Source of the DNA: Leucoraja erinacea
Taxonomy: Eukaryota
DNA: 64,000 nt
Reading direction: 5' to 3'
NCBI RefSeq assembly: GCF_028641065.1
Contig: NC_073377.1
Location: 97,278,001 to 97,342,000, forward strand
Below the pieces are notes generated by a model that saw nothing but the letters and a program-made list of their open reading frames with translations, searched no databases and had not been told where the DNA came from. The position numbers and the translations under genes are program-made. Positions 24,590 to 37,891 of this stretch are shown piece after piece (within the stretch, counting starts at the first letter, position 1; each line of letters opens with the position of its first letter).

Positions 24590-25335
24590 GTTTGTGTGTG
24601 GGGGGGGCGGGGGGGAAAATGTTTTAAATCTTTCCCCTGCACGGAGAACCCGACCTTTTCTCTGTCGGGTCTCCGTTGTCGTTGGGTCCGAGCACCGTGG
24701 AGCGGCCTCCAACCGGAACGACCTGGGGCTCCAGTCGCGGAGCTGCGGACTTACCCACCATCGTGGAGCTGGCCGAGTTCGGAGCGGGAGGAGCTATGGT
24801 GGCGCGCCGCTGCGACCCGACCCAGGAGATTCGGAGGCTCCAACCGTAGGTCTGGTGGACAGTAACACCGGGAGCCCGCGGGTCCCTGCTGGGAGACCGC
24901 TTTTTGGGGCTTCCGCAACGGCAACGTCTCCCACCCGAGTTGCGGGGTTGAGGATGACCTGGAGTGGGGGCTTACATCATCGCCCGGCGCGGCTTTAAAT
25001 GGCCGCGGGACTTGTTAGCGAACACCAAGCGGGGGCTCCAACACCAAGACCCGGAGCGTGGCCTTGCATCACCCGGCGCGGCTTTATAATTGCCGCGGGA
25101 CTTATTTACCATCGCCCGCCGGGGGCTTTGACTCTGACATCGGGAGAACGAGGAGTGCAGGGGAGAGATAAGACTTTGCCTTCCATCACAGTGAGGAGGA
25201 GATTCACTGTGATGGATGTTTGTGTAAATTGTGTTGTGTCTTGTTCTTCTTGTTTGTATGACTGCAGAAACCAAATTTCGTTTGAACCTCTGGGTTCAAA
25301 TGCCAACAAATAAATTGTATTGTATTGTATTGTAT
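24590..25335 (+). mobile_element. GC-rich non-autonomous retroelement with Rex1-like tail
   Basis: GC-rich core with repeated catcacccggcgcggctt motif. Ends aaatttcgtt...caaataaa(ttgta)n. Confidence 0.55.
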
Positions 25336-26859
25336 ATTGTCAGCATTGAGATTAAAAAGTGTTATTATATTAAACAACAAATATGCAAAAGAGATGAAAA
25401 ATATAAACAAGATGTCACAATACTTTTCCCGGCAAGAGACCCAATTGTGTCTGGCAATGGTGAGTAATGCATTCCAATGAGATATCAATTTCAAGTAAAC
25501 ACAGACCCCCTCCAAATATCATAAATGAGCACATTCATGGTCCAAATCCTTTCTGCGTGCACTTTTACGATTTGTTCAAAAGTGTGAGAAATCACCGCAT
25601 TTGGCCTAATTAAATGGTCCTTGAAATTTTACTTACCACACACATCAGATACACTATCTGCCCAAATGCATGAGGTTGCCTCTTCTCCAAAACACAATGC
25701 AGAGTATAAAATGCTTTCTACATCTCGTCTCCCTTTCACTCCTTCTCAATTTAAATGTCTTGCATGCTTTCCAATGAAAAATCTAGATTTCACAAGTGGT
25801 TCTTTTATCCAAACCTCTATTACAAAATATTAAGACGAACAAAACTAATGGAGATATGATTACGTTTTCAATAAAAATAATGGACAACTTAATAGTTTGA
25901 GGATAATCATAAAGAGATTATAAGCCTTCGCAGAATAACCAGGTATTTAATTCATGTTTGCAGCATTGTTAAATTAGATGCAGCTCAGTATTATTCCAAA
26001 CTTCTGTGATCAGGCACAAAATCGTGAAAATGTCTGTTATAAACAAATAAACCAATTTTAATTTCAACAAATTAACTGGGGGGGGGCATATCCATCTTCT
26101 TACATGGTTCCAGTATCTCTGTAGCAAAATACTGGCACAGAAATCTGATTTCTCCATATAGCACAGGGACCATGGGAAATTCATGTTGGTAATTTGTCAA
26201 GAAACTGGCTTACAGACTACATTACCCAATTTCTCATGCACAAAATGCTTCTCTAGGGAGTGCAAAATGAATTGCTACTTGCACTAAGGCTGACTGAGCC
26301 TCTTAAAGGGGAGTTGTCATGTAGCTGCCAGCAGCAGTTTGTAACACTGCCGACCTTTGGGCGTGACCTTCTGACTTTCTGAAACTGCTTTGGAGGCTCT
26401 CATGTAAGCAATTAGCACCAATAAACAAATATTTTTAGCCTCAAGGGGAAAATGGATCAAGGGGCAAAAGTGAAAAAGACGCAGTCTATGAGAGGCTGTA
26501 GTTTGTCCTGGACATCACCATAGACCAGAAACTTAATTGAACCAGCAACATAAATATCTTGCCTCTAAATCAGAGACTTGGGATCCTTTACAGAGTGATT
26601 CCTTAAAGACTGACTTCTATCTGATGTATCAACAATGTGATCGACTATTCTACACTTATCTGGATGAGTGCAGCTCTGACAACTCTCAAGGACAAATTAA
26701 AAGCTGGAAGACAATAGGTGTATGTTCACATTTTGAGTCAAATCTCGGTGCTGGGTCTTAACCTGAAATTTTGAACATACATCCTTCGACTCCACAAATG
26801 CTCCTTGACTTGCCAAGTTCTTCCAGTGTTCTGCTTTCTTTTGTCCATTTTGGTGGCAA

Positions 26860-27652
26860 GAAGAAGAAGGCAGATTATTACCGGAATGTTGCCTGATAAT
26901 GAAAAGGGGAGGTGCAACGAGATATGGGTGTCCTTGTACATCAGTGACTGAAGGTAAGCATGCAGGTACAGCAGGCAGTGAAGAAAGCAAATGGCATGTT
27001 GGCCTTCATAGCAAAAGGATTTAAGTATAAGACCAAGGAAGTCCTACTGCAGTTGTACAGAGCCCTGGTGAGACTGCACCTGGAGTATTATGTGCAGTTT
27101 TGGTCTCCTAATTTGAGGAAGGATATTATTGCTATTGAGGGAGTTGCAGCAAAGGTTCACCAGGTTAATTCCCGAGATTGGCGAGACTGACATATGTTGA
27201 AATAATGGGTTAATGGGCATTACTCACTGGAAATTAGACTGGAAATTAGAAGGATGAGAGGGAATCTTATTGAAACATATAAGATTATTAAGGGTTTGGA
27301 CATGCTAGAGGCAGGGAACATGTTCCCGGTGTTGGGGGAATCCAGAACCAGGGTCCACAGTTTAAGAATAAGGGTATGCCATTTAGAACGGAGATGAGGA
27401 AACACTTTTTCACACAGAGTGTTGTGAGTGTGGAATTCTCTGCCTCAGAGGGCGGTGGAGGCCGGTTCTCGGGATGCTTTCAAGGGAGAGCTAGATAGGG
27501 CTCTTTAAGATAGCGGAGTCAGGGGATATGGGGAGAAGGCAGGAACAGGGTACTGATTGTGGATGATCAGCCATGATCACATTGAATGGCGGTGCTGGCT
27601 CAAAGGACTGAATGGCCTACTCCTGCACCTATTTTCTATTGTCTATTGTCTA
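26860..27652 (+). mobile_element. CR1 LINE 3' fragment
   Basis: MQVQQAVKKANGMLAFIAKG...LEYYVQFWSP; 3' UTR with tail tattgtctattgtcta. Confidence 0.9.
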
Positions 27653-27659
27653 TAACATA

Positions 27660-28233
27660 TGACCATCCCGCCATCCCGGGAATTAACCTCGTGAACCTAC
27701 GCTGCACTCCCTCAATAACAAGGATGTCCTTCCTCAAATTTGGAGACAAAAACTGCACACAATACTCCAGGTGTGGTCTCACCAGGGCCCTGTACAACTG
27801 CAGAAAGACCTCTTTGCTCCTATACGCAACTCATCTTGTTATGAAGGCCAACATGCCATTAGGTTTCTTCACTGCCTGCCGTACCTGCATGCTTACTTTC
27901 AGTGACGGATGTACAAGGATACCCATGTCTCGTTGTACTTCCCCTTTTCCTAACATGACACCATTCAGATAATAATCTGCCTTCCTGTTCTTGCCACCAA
28001 AGTTGATAACCTCACATTTATCAACATCAAACTTAATCTGCCATGCATCTGCCCACTCGCGCAACCTGTCCAAATCACCCTGCATCCTCATATCATCCTC
28101 CTCGCAGTTCAAGCTGCCACCCAGCTTTGTGTCACCTGCAAATTTTCTAATGTTACTTTTAATCCCTTCATCTAAATCATTAATGTATATTGTAAATAGC
28201 TGTGGTCTCAGCACCGAGCCTTGCGGCACCCCA
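27660..28233 (-). mobile_element. CR1 LINE RT fragment (inverted relative to the neighbouring copy)
   Basis: GVPQGSVLRPQLFTIYINDLDEG...KFAGDTKLGG RT motifs. Confidence 0.9.
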
Positions 28234-28575
28234 CTTTCCTTCAAAAGGGAGACCAAAATTGTTTACATTAATCTAGATGTGATCTCATTTATGCCTCATT
28301 AAATTACAGTAAAATCTCTCTTTCCATTCCAACCCCTTTGAAATAAGAGTCAACGTTTCATTAGTTTAGACGTGGAAACAAGCCAATTTCGTTAGCTGCA
28401 TTAGCTTTACTTGTTACCTGCTGCACTAATGTATTCACTTTGTGTTTCATGTACAATCCTACCAGCTGATGGGTTTTTTTCCATTTAAATAATACTATTC
28501 TCTAGTTCTTCTGTACACAATGAACCACGTTTTTCAACATCATATTCTATTCCCCAACGTTTTCTCTACATACAG

Positions 28576-30099
28576 TAGCGATGTTACAATACCTACCTTC
28601 AGCGGCGGTGCAGATCTGCCACTGGCCGTGTAAGCGACTTTGGCACCTTTGGGGGGGGGCGGGATTAAAATGCTGTTTTGTACTGCCTATCGGAAGCGGA
28701 CTTCCTCGGGCTGTGAGCTGATGAAGAAAAATCAATCCACCTCCCGTTCGCGCTATTCTTTTTTTAAATCGCTGGACAATTTAATATTTGGATTACAGTA
28801 AAAAGCGAATTTGAACGCCTACAACGTGATGGATTGCAAGAACGGGACAAAACAAAGTGTAAGTCGTGTATTTTACATATAATCTTGCTTCTTGGGGTGG
28901 CTTTAATCTAATTTTACGTTGCGAAAATGTGATTTGGGCCCCATACGAACTGGCAGTGTTTTTCCTGCAGAAATGGGATTCAAATTCACTGCAAATGCAA
29001 CGTTCCAATCGATCGCGTTCCAGAATCAAAATGCCCATTTTTTTTTGGAGATAATCCGTCTAAATTGTCTATATTTTGTGTTATTCGCTCTCTCCATGAT
29101 CATTATTATTAAACTAAATATTCACAACAGTTTGAGTTACATGTATTGTGCAAAAAACAATAATATGATTATATTTTGGGTGGATGTTTCTAGATTAATT
29201 TATGGGAATTAAACACTAAATTTCTTCCATCTGGGATATAAATTCATGATAGTGAGATTTAAAAATCATGTTATATTGTGAATTCTTGTGTGAATGGGAT
29301 TAGTTTGTTATTTGGATACTTAGGCTATTTAAAAAAATTATCCTTTTCTTAAGAAATGGGATCTACAGGACATTGTTAATGGGAAAGTAGTGGGCAGAAA
29401 GGCATGTCATGTGTGGTTTGAAGAGCAAAAACTTGTAGTTTACAATGCCAAAATTGAAAAGTTGAGGAAAAACAAGGTGTACAGGTACAATCGGTTACAA
29501 TCTGAGGAGTATGATGATGCTAATGATTATGATATGCCAATGTACCAGCAAGCAACTGACCTTCTCCATAAAGACTTTGTTTATTGCTAGAAATTGTAAT
29601 TTATTTACCTAACTGTTACAGGCTTACAGCATATTATACAATAATATTAAAGTTCTGATCTTGAGAATATCACATTTTTGAATTATCAAAGAAGTCTGGG
29701 TGTTTATTACTATTTCTGTCACAACGGTCAATTTTGTAATTAGCTACAATTAGGTAATTAACTAATTGTATGCTTTAATTTCATGTCATCCAAGTAAGAT
29801 GTTTTATATTTGTTTCAGAATGCTTCAATCTTTAATAATTGAAAATTTCATTCAGTTCTCTTAATTTTTAAGAAAGTTATGGGCTTTTGACTGTCCTCGA
29901 TCACAGCTTTTGTGTTAAGTCAATGGAAAAGCAATAGGGAACAAGATGCTAATTTCCCAGTATGAAAATGGCCATAACTTTTTTAATACTGAAGATATGA
30001 AAGTGAATTAGGTGTCAAATTAAACTTATTTTTTGCTTTATCTGATGAGATCAATTGCAGACTTGATTTTTAAAATCTCAAAATTTTGTAACATTGCTA
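28576..30099. mobile_element. Non-autonomous TIR DNA transposon, superfamily unresolved
   Basis: TIR TAGCGATGTTACAA / TTGTAACATTGCTA. Flanking direct repeat catacag (extends to ctacatacagta across the junctions). Confidence 0.7.
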
Positions 30100-31024
30100 C
30101 ATACAGTATACAATAATATACAGCATTGATCCCTGCGGTACAACCCGGGCACTGATTGCCTGTCTGAAAACGACCCCCTTATGCCTCTTCAAAGCTTGCT
30201 ATTATTTAGCTATTCCTCCACCAAGATCAACTCCAACAGCATTGTTTTTTATCATATGACCTAACCCGTTCTGAAGCCTTTTTTCAAACTCAATTTGAAA
30301 ATGGGACAGAACTTCTACTAGTTCCTCCTCCATCATTCTGCTTAAAACTTCCTCGTACAAGCTCTTAATATTTGACGAAAGAAGATGTTCTCTTCATGAA
30401 GCCATGAAGACACTTGATGAAAGGGTGAAGTGCAAAGTGTTATGGAATGTTATGCCATCTATTGAGAGCATGCCATCAAGCCTGAAGTCAGAGGTTCATT
30501 TCAAATGCAGCAGTGCTTATCACAATGGAACTTTTGACAATACACCTAATTGTTTCCACATTAGAAGTATTGATACTATTTTGCCTCGGGGGTTTATCAC
30601 TAGTTGGGGGTTCCAAAATGCCACAACATCCTTACAGATTATCATATACAGATCAGCATGAGTATGAGGTGCACTCCAGGTACTGACATTGGAAATGTAG
30701 CTGCTATCCTCTCTCAGGAGTAATTGTCTATGCTAGCAATCCTATAATCTTATTTATTCAGTGACTAATTTAATGCTACACTGCAATTATGTCAGGCCAC
30801 CAACTAAAATCAAGGCAATGCAGTTTGTATCCAGCTTTAAAGGTGCTTGTGGTCATTTACCACAAAGTACAGAAGTTCATCACCCTTCTGTCTCCCTTGA
30901 TGTAGCATCCATGGTCCATTTCACTCAGGGGCTACGATAGTTAATCAAACACCCAACATTAGGTCTAGGAACTTGTAAGAGAACTATTCTTAGTTCAGCA
31001 TATTACAAAATATTAACATCATCA

Positions 31025-31340
31025 TTTAGTTGAGTTTAGAGACAGAGTTTGAAAACAATCCCTTTGGCCCATTGGGTCCAAGACGACTATTGGTCACAGG
31101 TTCACAGCCGTTGTATGTTAGCCCACATTCTCATCAACTCCCAACACACTACCAGTAATTTACAGAGGCCAATTAACCCCTGCACACCTTTGGGAGGTGG
31201 GAAGAACTGGAGTATCCAGAGGAAATCCACATGGTCGCAGGGAGAACATGCAAAGTCCACACAGACAGCACCCGAGGTCCGGATCTAACACGAGTCTCGC
31301 GCACCGTGAGGCAGAGGCTCTACCAGCTGGGCTACTGTGC
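31025..31340 (-). mobile_element. V-SINE (HE1-like)
   Basis: Reverse complement of the 9124-9430 family (ggagaacatgcaaagtccacacagacagcacccgaggtc). Confidence 0.8.
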
Positions 31341-31948
31341 CTATTTATATAATATCCTTCTGGATTTGGTGCTTGTATTAATATTTGAGCAAAATGCAGG
31401 CATCGCCATGACACTGAAATGGAGAGAGCATTCTGATGGTCGCTACAATCAGCTGTTAAATGTTCTACCAAGAACCTTCAATTTTGGTTGCAATGGTCGA
31501 CAATTTTTAAACAGTAATCTATCAGAATCAACCAGTAGGTGGGTCAGTTAAGGATTTGTTTTTAAATCGTGGCTCTGCAAGGAGCTTCGCGACTGTTCCG
31601 GTTCGCTACATGGGAATTTAAGTATTGGGCAGGCAGCCTCACATTTAGACCCAATTACCAAAGCCTGACTCATTTTTTTTCCAATTGGAAATCTGTTAAA
31701 TGCTCTATCTGATATGACAGGCAGTGATCATCCACTTCAGATCAGAAACTGCCATAATGAGCACAATTCATGCTGACAAGCTGACTGAGCATGATTGAAT
31801 TCATATGCCACTGAGTCATGCTGTCAAAGAGCGTTGCAGCAGAAACCAGGCACTGAGTTTGCTCAACAGATGCTGACAATACTCACAAAGCAACAAAGTT
31901 AGCTGTATTCTCAAACACCTTCAATGGATGAGCTCCATACAAACTCAC

Positions 31949-32036
31949 CTTTTGGAAAACCCTTGCCCCTTAGTCGATCACGAATTTCTTGGCTACGATC
32001 TAACTTGCTGACTGGATGCAAGGACAGCTGATTCAG
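31949..32036 (-). CDS. PTPN13: PTPN13 coding exon (exon 6 equivalent), 88 nt
   Basis: tatgttgcag|CTGAAT...CCAAAAG|gtgagt. Encodes LNQLSLHPVSKLDRSQEIRDRLRGKGFPK(G), matching PTPN13 DRSQAIRDRLRGKG. Phase 0-1. Confidence 0.93.
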
Positions 32037-32369
32037 CTGCAACATAGAATATATTAGACTTTAGCAAAGTTCACTTTCACTTTGATCAGGCACAAATTAT
32101 ATTCACATAATTTCCAAAATAAAAGTTGTTTTAATATGGAAAGTGAAAATTCATGTTTCCCATTATTAAACTGATACCAAGTGTTTTAAAAAGAAAACAC
32201 AGTGGGAAGGAAAGAACTAAAGCTGCCAAGCTTTTTAACCCGGAACACCAATAAAATCACTGATGGTTTTCATTGCAGATTGTATCCATATGTTGCGTCA
32301 AGACATAGCCTCATGTTTTTGAGACTTGAGAATGGTACTTTTTTAAATATGTTTTGTTTCATTTAATCA

Positions 32370-33700
32370 CTTTTGGTGGTGCATAACATGCTGCCACTCC
32401 AGTTTTGTGGGTTCTGACATGCCTAAAGAAGAATGCCTACAGTAAATCTGTGGATTATTTTGCAAGTGGGGAAATAGGTGCCTGGTGCGTTTGGTGGGTG
32501 GGTTACTTGACATGTTCCCTGCTCGTTTTCTGGTGTTTTTACTCAGCATTCCTGCAGTCTTCACTCACGGTGCTCAATGGCTTCCCAGATCTCCCCTCCA
32601 TTTTGGGCAATCATAGGGCAGGGATTCTCATGTCATGAAGTATGTCTTTGAGAACATCTTTGAACATTCTGCGGCCTTGTGCAAATTTCGTGTGATAGAG
32701 CTCAGAGTTGAACACTTGCTTCAGAGGGTTAGTGTGAGCCATGTGGACAATGTGCCCCCACCATCTCTGTGTGAGAATAATTGGAACCTCAATGCTAGGG
32801 AGATTGGCCTGGGAGGAGATGCTGACACTGGATTACTTACTTACTTGTCATCAGATTTGGAGGACTTTGCAGAGGTGGTGTAATGATGCCACTCCAGTGC
32901 TTAGAAGCACCAGCCAGATCATGTCGTTGACATCTCTGAAGCATTCAGGAGGATGGCATTTATTGCTGACTACAAACTTTTTGCTGATTTAAGTTTTTAC
33001 TATTTGAATATTATCTTCCTCATCCATGTCTGCCTTCACAGAGAATTGGCTCACAAACTATGGAAAGCAATCCATGTTTTCCAGGATCTTGTGGACTTTC
33101 AGTGTCAGGGAAGTGTTGTTGTACAGCAAAGTAAAATTAGGCAGGGATCTGTGTCTTTGTGATGTTTAAAGCAAGGCCATTCATTTCACCAAGTCAATGA
33201 TCACTGGGACCTCAGTCTCCTATCGAGTACAGTTTTAAACATTGTCTGCACATTAAGAATGGAAGATCAAGGTTAAATTATCTTAATTCTGGAGTGATGG
33301 AAACTTAGGTTAAACTGTTTCCCATTCTGCCTGTCGATTAGCCATGCACCAATGCAGAGCTTGTTGAAAATGGTGCAGTATTGTGATGAAGAGAATTGAG
33401 ATCAAGTCTGGAATGATGAGAGAACCCTGCCTGACCAGGATGAAAGAAATGGTTGAATCACAGCTTGCATATTTAGCAGATGTAGATTGAAGACCAATAT
33501 CTGAAGGTAGATTAATTTGAGAAGGTTTCTCAGTAGTCCTGCTTGGTTGACAGGGTTGAAGACTCTTGTGAAGTCAAAGAAAAAACACGTGTTTCTGTGA
33601 TGATACATTCCAAATATTTCTTCAGATTTTTTCCCGGGAAGATCACATTTTATCTGTAGAACTATTCACACTACAACTTGGGGATGGATGTTTGGTCACC
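32370..33700 (-). mobile_element. Degraded RTE-clade LINE
   Basis: Reverse complement gives GHIVHMAHTNPLKQVFNSELYH...RRMFKDVLK, resembling the RTE C-terminal WAGHVVRM...PKQLLYGEL...RFKDVLK. Boundaries approximate. Confidence 0.55.
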
Positions 33701-33835
33701 AGGAGGCGATGGTTGAGGTGGTTAAAATACGGAACATTTTTACATCTGTATTTGCACCAACACATTTTCAACAAGGTCAAGGAATTTTAATATCGAAATA
33801 TATAAAATAATGGGATTTCACAATCAAGTACTTAC

Positions 33836-34021
33836 AGCAGTTAAACTTCCCAAGACAAGCTTTACCAGCTGCTTGACATATGAAAAAGCTGGTTCACAGT
33901 TACTATTCCGGATATGAGCACTGCAAGCATCTAGAATGGTTCGCATTGAACCTCTTGTGTACACCAGGTCTTCACACATGTTCAGTAATATGCTGTTCAG
34001 GTGTTCCCCAAGTTTTATTGG
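33836..34021 (-). CDS. PTPN13: PTPN13 coding exon (KIND C-terminal part; exon 5 equivalent), 186 nt
   Basis: ttctattttttag|CCAATA...ACTGCT|gtaagt. Encodes PIKLGEHLNSILLNMCEDLVYTRGSMRTILDACSAHIRNSNCEPAFSYVKQLVKLVLGSLTA. Confidence 0.95.
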
Positions 34022-34289
34022 CTAAAAAATAGAAAACCAAAATATCACAGTTGCATTTACAAATAATGTTCAGTTGAAATCTAAAGAATGTTAGTTGAAC
34101 AGAACATGAATTTCATGCATGTTACTTCACTGCCAGAAACATTTTGGTAAAAGGGAATGAACACTTCTAATTAGAAAAATATGCAGAGACAATTTTATAA
34201 CAATGAATTATCAAAGAATAACAACTCAACAAAAACAACATTCTTTTTATGATGCCTGTACGTGAACTTCTTGGAGTATTGGGAATAAT

Positions 34290-35900
34290 CACTGTATCTG
34301 ACATCAATCTCCAACATTTCCGCCACCTTCAATGTGATCCCACCACCCGTCACATCTTCCCATCCCCAACCCTGTCCGCTTTCCACAGAGTACCCACCCT
34401 CCACAACTCCTTGGTTCTTTTATCTCTTCCTACCCAAACTGGCCCCATCCCAGGTACTTTCCCTGAAACCACAGGTGTAGTACCTGTAACTATACTTCCT
34501 CCCTCACATCCATACAGTGAGCTCAGCAACCCTGTTGGGGTGGGAGATTGCAACCTTCACGTCGTCCGCCCTGTTTCCATGAATGCAATCAACCTGGCAT
34601 GCACAATCAAAGAAGTTTTGGTCTCCTAATTTGAGGAAGAACATCCTTGTGATTGAGGCAGTGCAGCGTAGGTTCACGAGATTGATCCCGGGGATGGCGG
34701 GACTGTCATATGAGGAAAGATTGAAAAGACTAGGCTTGTATTCACTGGAGTTTAGAAGGATGAGGGGGATCTTATAGAAACATATAAAATTATAAAACGA
34801 CTGGACAAGCTAGATGCAGGAAAAATGTTCCCAATGTTGGGCGAGTCGAGAACCAGGGGCCAAAGTCTTAGAATAAAGGGGAGATCATTTAAGACTGGGG
34901 TGAGAAAAAACTTTTTCACCCAGAGAGTTGTGAATTTATGGAATTCCCTGCCACAGAGGGCAGTGGAGGCCAAATCACTGGATGGATTTAAGAGAGAATT
35001 AGATAGAGCTTTAGGGGCTAGTGGAGTCAAGGGATATGGGGACAAGGCAGGCACGGGTTATTGATACGGGACGATCAGCCATGATCACAATGAATGTCGG
35101 TGCTGGCTCAAAGGGCTGAATGGCCTCCTCCTGCACCTATTTTCTATGTTTCTATGTTTCTAAGATAGAACAAGTTGCCCTACAACTTTAGGCTGTGCAC
35201 GCCACACGCAAGAAGAAGCAACTGGTGTGACAGAGGTTCACGTTCACCTTCTCTAATCTATCTACTGCATTTGATTCTACCAATGCGGCCTCCTTTACAT
35301 CTGCGAGAACAAGCGTTTCACCGAACACTTGCGCTTGGTCGCCAAGGACTGCTAGATCTCCCGGTTGCTAACTATTTAATTCCCCTTTCTATCTCCAAGC
35401 AATTCAGCCCTGGGCTTCCTTCATTGCCAGTGAGAGACCACACCCAAACTGGATGGGAAAGCACCTCATATTCCGCTTGGGTAGCTTTCAACCTAACAAC
35501 ATGAACACTGAATTCTCCAGTTTTAGGTAACTAACCAACAAATACCCCTCCCCTTTCCCCCCCTCTCTTCCCTGTGCCTCACCTGCGTACACACCCATTT
35601 CTCCCCAAATGCCCCCCCACACTTTTCCTTTTCACCATCCCCTTCCACTATATCTCTTCCTCTATTTCATATTTCATTAATTTTCTCTCCTTATCTTACA
35701 GCCTTTTTTCTTATCGTTTTCTGCAAATCAAACCACCCTGTATCTACTGATCACTTGACAGGCTTTTAGCCTCTTTTCCAGCTTTCTCCCCCCCCCACCC
35801 CCACTAGAATCAGTCTGATGAAGGGTGCCAACTTGTAAAGTCATTTAACCATGCTCTCCGGACAGTCTGCAAGACCTGCTGAGTTACTCCAGCACTTGGT
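34290..35900 (+). mobile_element. Penelope remnant with nested insertions
   Basis: LQHFRHLQCDPTTRHIFPSP, then NLIYCI (GIY-YIG) after the insert, and a pLTR (cagtctgatgaaggg at 35811). Confidence 0.75.
34615..35162 (+). mobile_element. CR1 LINE 3' fragment (young)
   Basis: [20 protein letters not shown]...FFTQRVVNLWNSLPQ; tail (tctatgtt)n. Confidence 0.92.
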
Positions 35901-36754
35901 ATCATTGTTTAAATAAATAATTACATGGTCCCTAAACTTGCATTGCAGGTGTTAAAGGGTTGGTTATATATTTTTTGTAATTTTCCAAGCAATTCTCGAC
36001 TACCCTTTGAACTTATTACGTGAATTTCAATTATGTGAATCTGATGCCGATATCATAGCCTTAATCACAAGCTGCATAACAAAAAGGCATATTACACAAC
36101 TTCATGAATAGATGCTAGCAGGAAACATACTCAAATTAAATGGAATCGAACACAGTTATTTAGTATGCGTCTCTTTAGCATGGGAGCCAGAATCCATGAC
36201 TCCAAAAGAAAGATCATGAAAAGTAGCCACAAGGGAATATGGTTTAAAACAAGAGAATTCTGAACATATGTCATATCCAATTAATTTGTTGAATCAATTT
36301 AAGCTTAAATATATTATTTCAATAGTGATTCAAATCAAATCTTTTTAGTGAGCTAAAAATTCTTGCCAGGAGCCCACTTACTCCTTGAGGAGCCTGTAGG
36401 CTAAAGTAGAAGCGAGAACTGATTTGTTGCAGTGCCTTTACATTGCACGTGAGGCAGGAGTACCTCTGCCCTGTGTAGCAAGTTTCCCAGCTTGCCATCT
36501 GACCACTATCCATGATCAGATCTTCCCTTCCCTCAGGAGACCAAAACCGTATACCTGCACTACCCTCACTGCTCCCTCTTCCACATACTCCCAAACACTA
36601 CTGCTAAGCCAGTTTCAGGCTTTCTACCAGCTCCTGAGCTACTAGAATGTTCCTCATCAGATACGTGGCCAAGCCTGTCAAGCAAGCTGGATACTGAGTG
36701 GGGAACCTGCTGAAGAAAACAAATTTTAAGATATTGCAGTGCGCAGGACCAAAA

Positions 36755-37891
36755 AATTGTTTAATTGCCTCCTTAATGCAGGTATAAGAGAGCTCCCAGC
36801 ACCTAGTCTTTCTTCCAGTATGTCCATCACCTTTGGAAACTTTTATTGCTGTTTATCACCATGAGGACCAAAGCTGTGCCAATGAAAGTGAACAAAACCA
36901 TTATGAGACTGAGAAACAAGAATAAAACTGTTAGAGACATCAGCCAAACTTTCGTCTTACCAAAATCTTGTTTGGAACATCATTAAGAAGAAAGAGTGCA
37001 CTGGTGAGCTTACTAATTTTAAAGGGACTGGCAGGCCAAGGAAGACCTCCACAGGTTATGACAGAAGAATTCTCTCTATAATAAAGAAAAAAACCCAAAC
37101 ACCTGTCCCGACAGATCCAAAACACTCTTCAGGAGTCGGGTGTGGATTTGTCAATGACCACTGTCCACAGAAGACCATGAACAGAAATACAGAGGCTACA
37201 CTGCAAGATGCAAACCACAAGTTAGCCGCAAAAATAAGATGGCTAGGTTACAGTTTGCCAAGAAGTACTTAAAAGAGCAACCATAGTTCTGGAAAAAGGT
37301 CTTGTGGACAGATGAGACAAAGATTAACTTATCAGAGTATGGAGGAGAGAAGGAACTACCCAAGATGCAAAGCATACTACACCTCATCTGTGAAACACTG
37401 TGGTGGGGTGTTATGGCTTGGGTACGTATGGCTGCTGAAGATACTGGCTCACATCATCATTGATGATAGAACTGCTGATGGTAGTAGCATAATGAATTCT
37501 GAAATGTTTTGACACATCCTATCTGCTCGTCCAAAACTCATTGGCCGGTGGTTCATTCTACAACAAGGCAACGATCCCAAACATACTGCTAAAAAATGGT
37601 CAATTCTTGAGTGGTCAAGTCAATCACCCGATCTGAACCCAATTGAGCATGCCTTTTATATGCTGAAGAGAAAACTGAAGGGGACTAGCTCCCAAAACTA
37701 GCATTAGCTAAAGATGGCTGCAATACAGGCCTGGCAGAGCATCACCAGAGAAGACACCCAGCAACTGGTGATGTCCATGAATCGCAGACTTCAAGCAGTC
37801 ATTGCATGCAAAGGATATGCAACAAAATACTAAACATGACTACCTTCATTTACATGACAATGCTGTGTCCCAAACATTATGGTGCCCTGAA
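36755..37891 (+). mobile_element. Tc1 transposon relic (copy 1; disrupted transposase about 36861-37833)
   Basis: WTDE, QQGNDPKH and SPDLNPIE motifs; frameshifts and stops; truncated at the inner end of the right inverted repeat. Confidence 0.9.
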
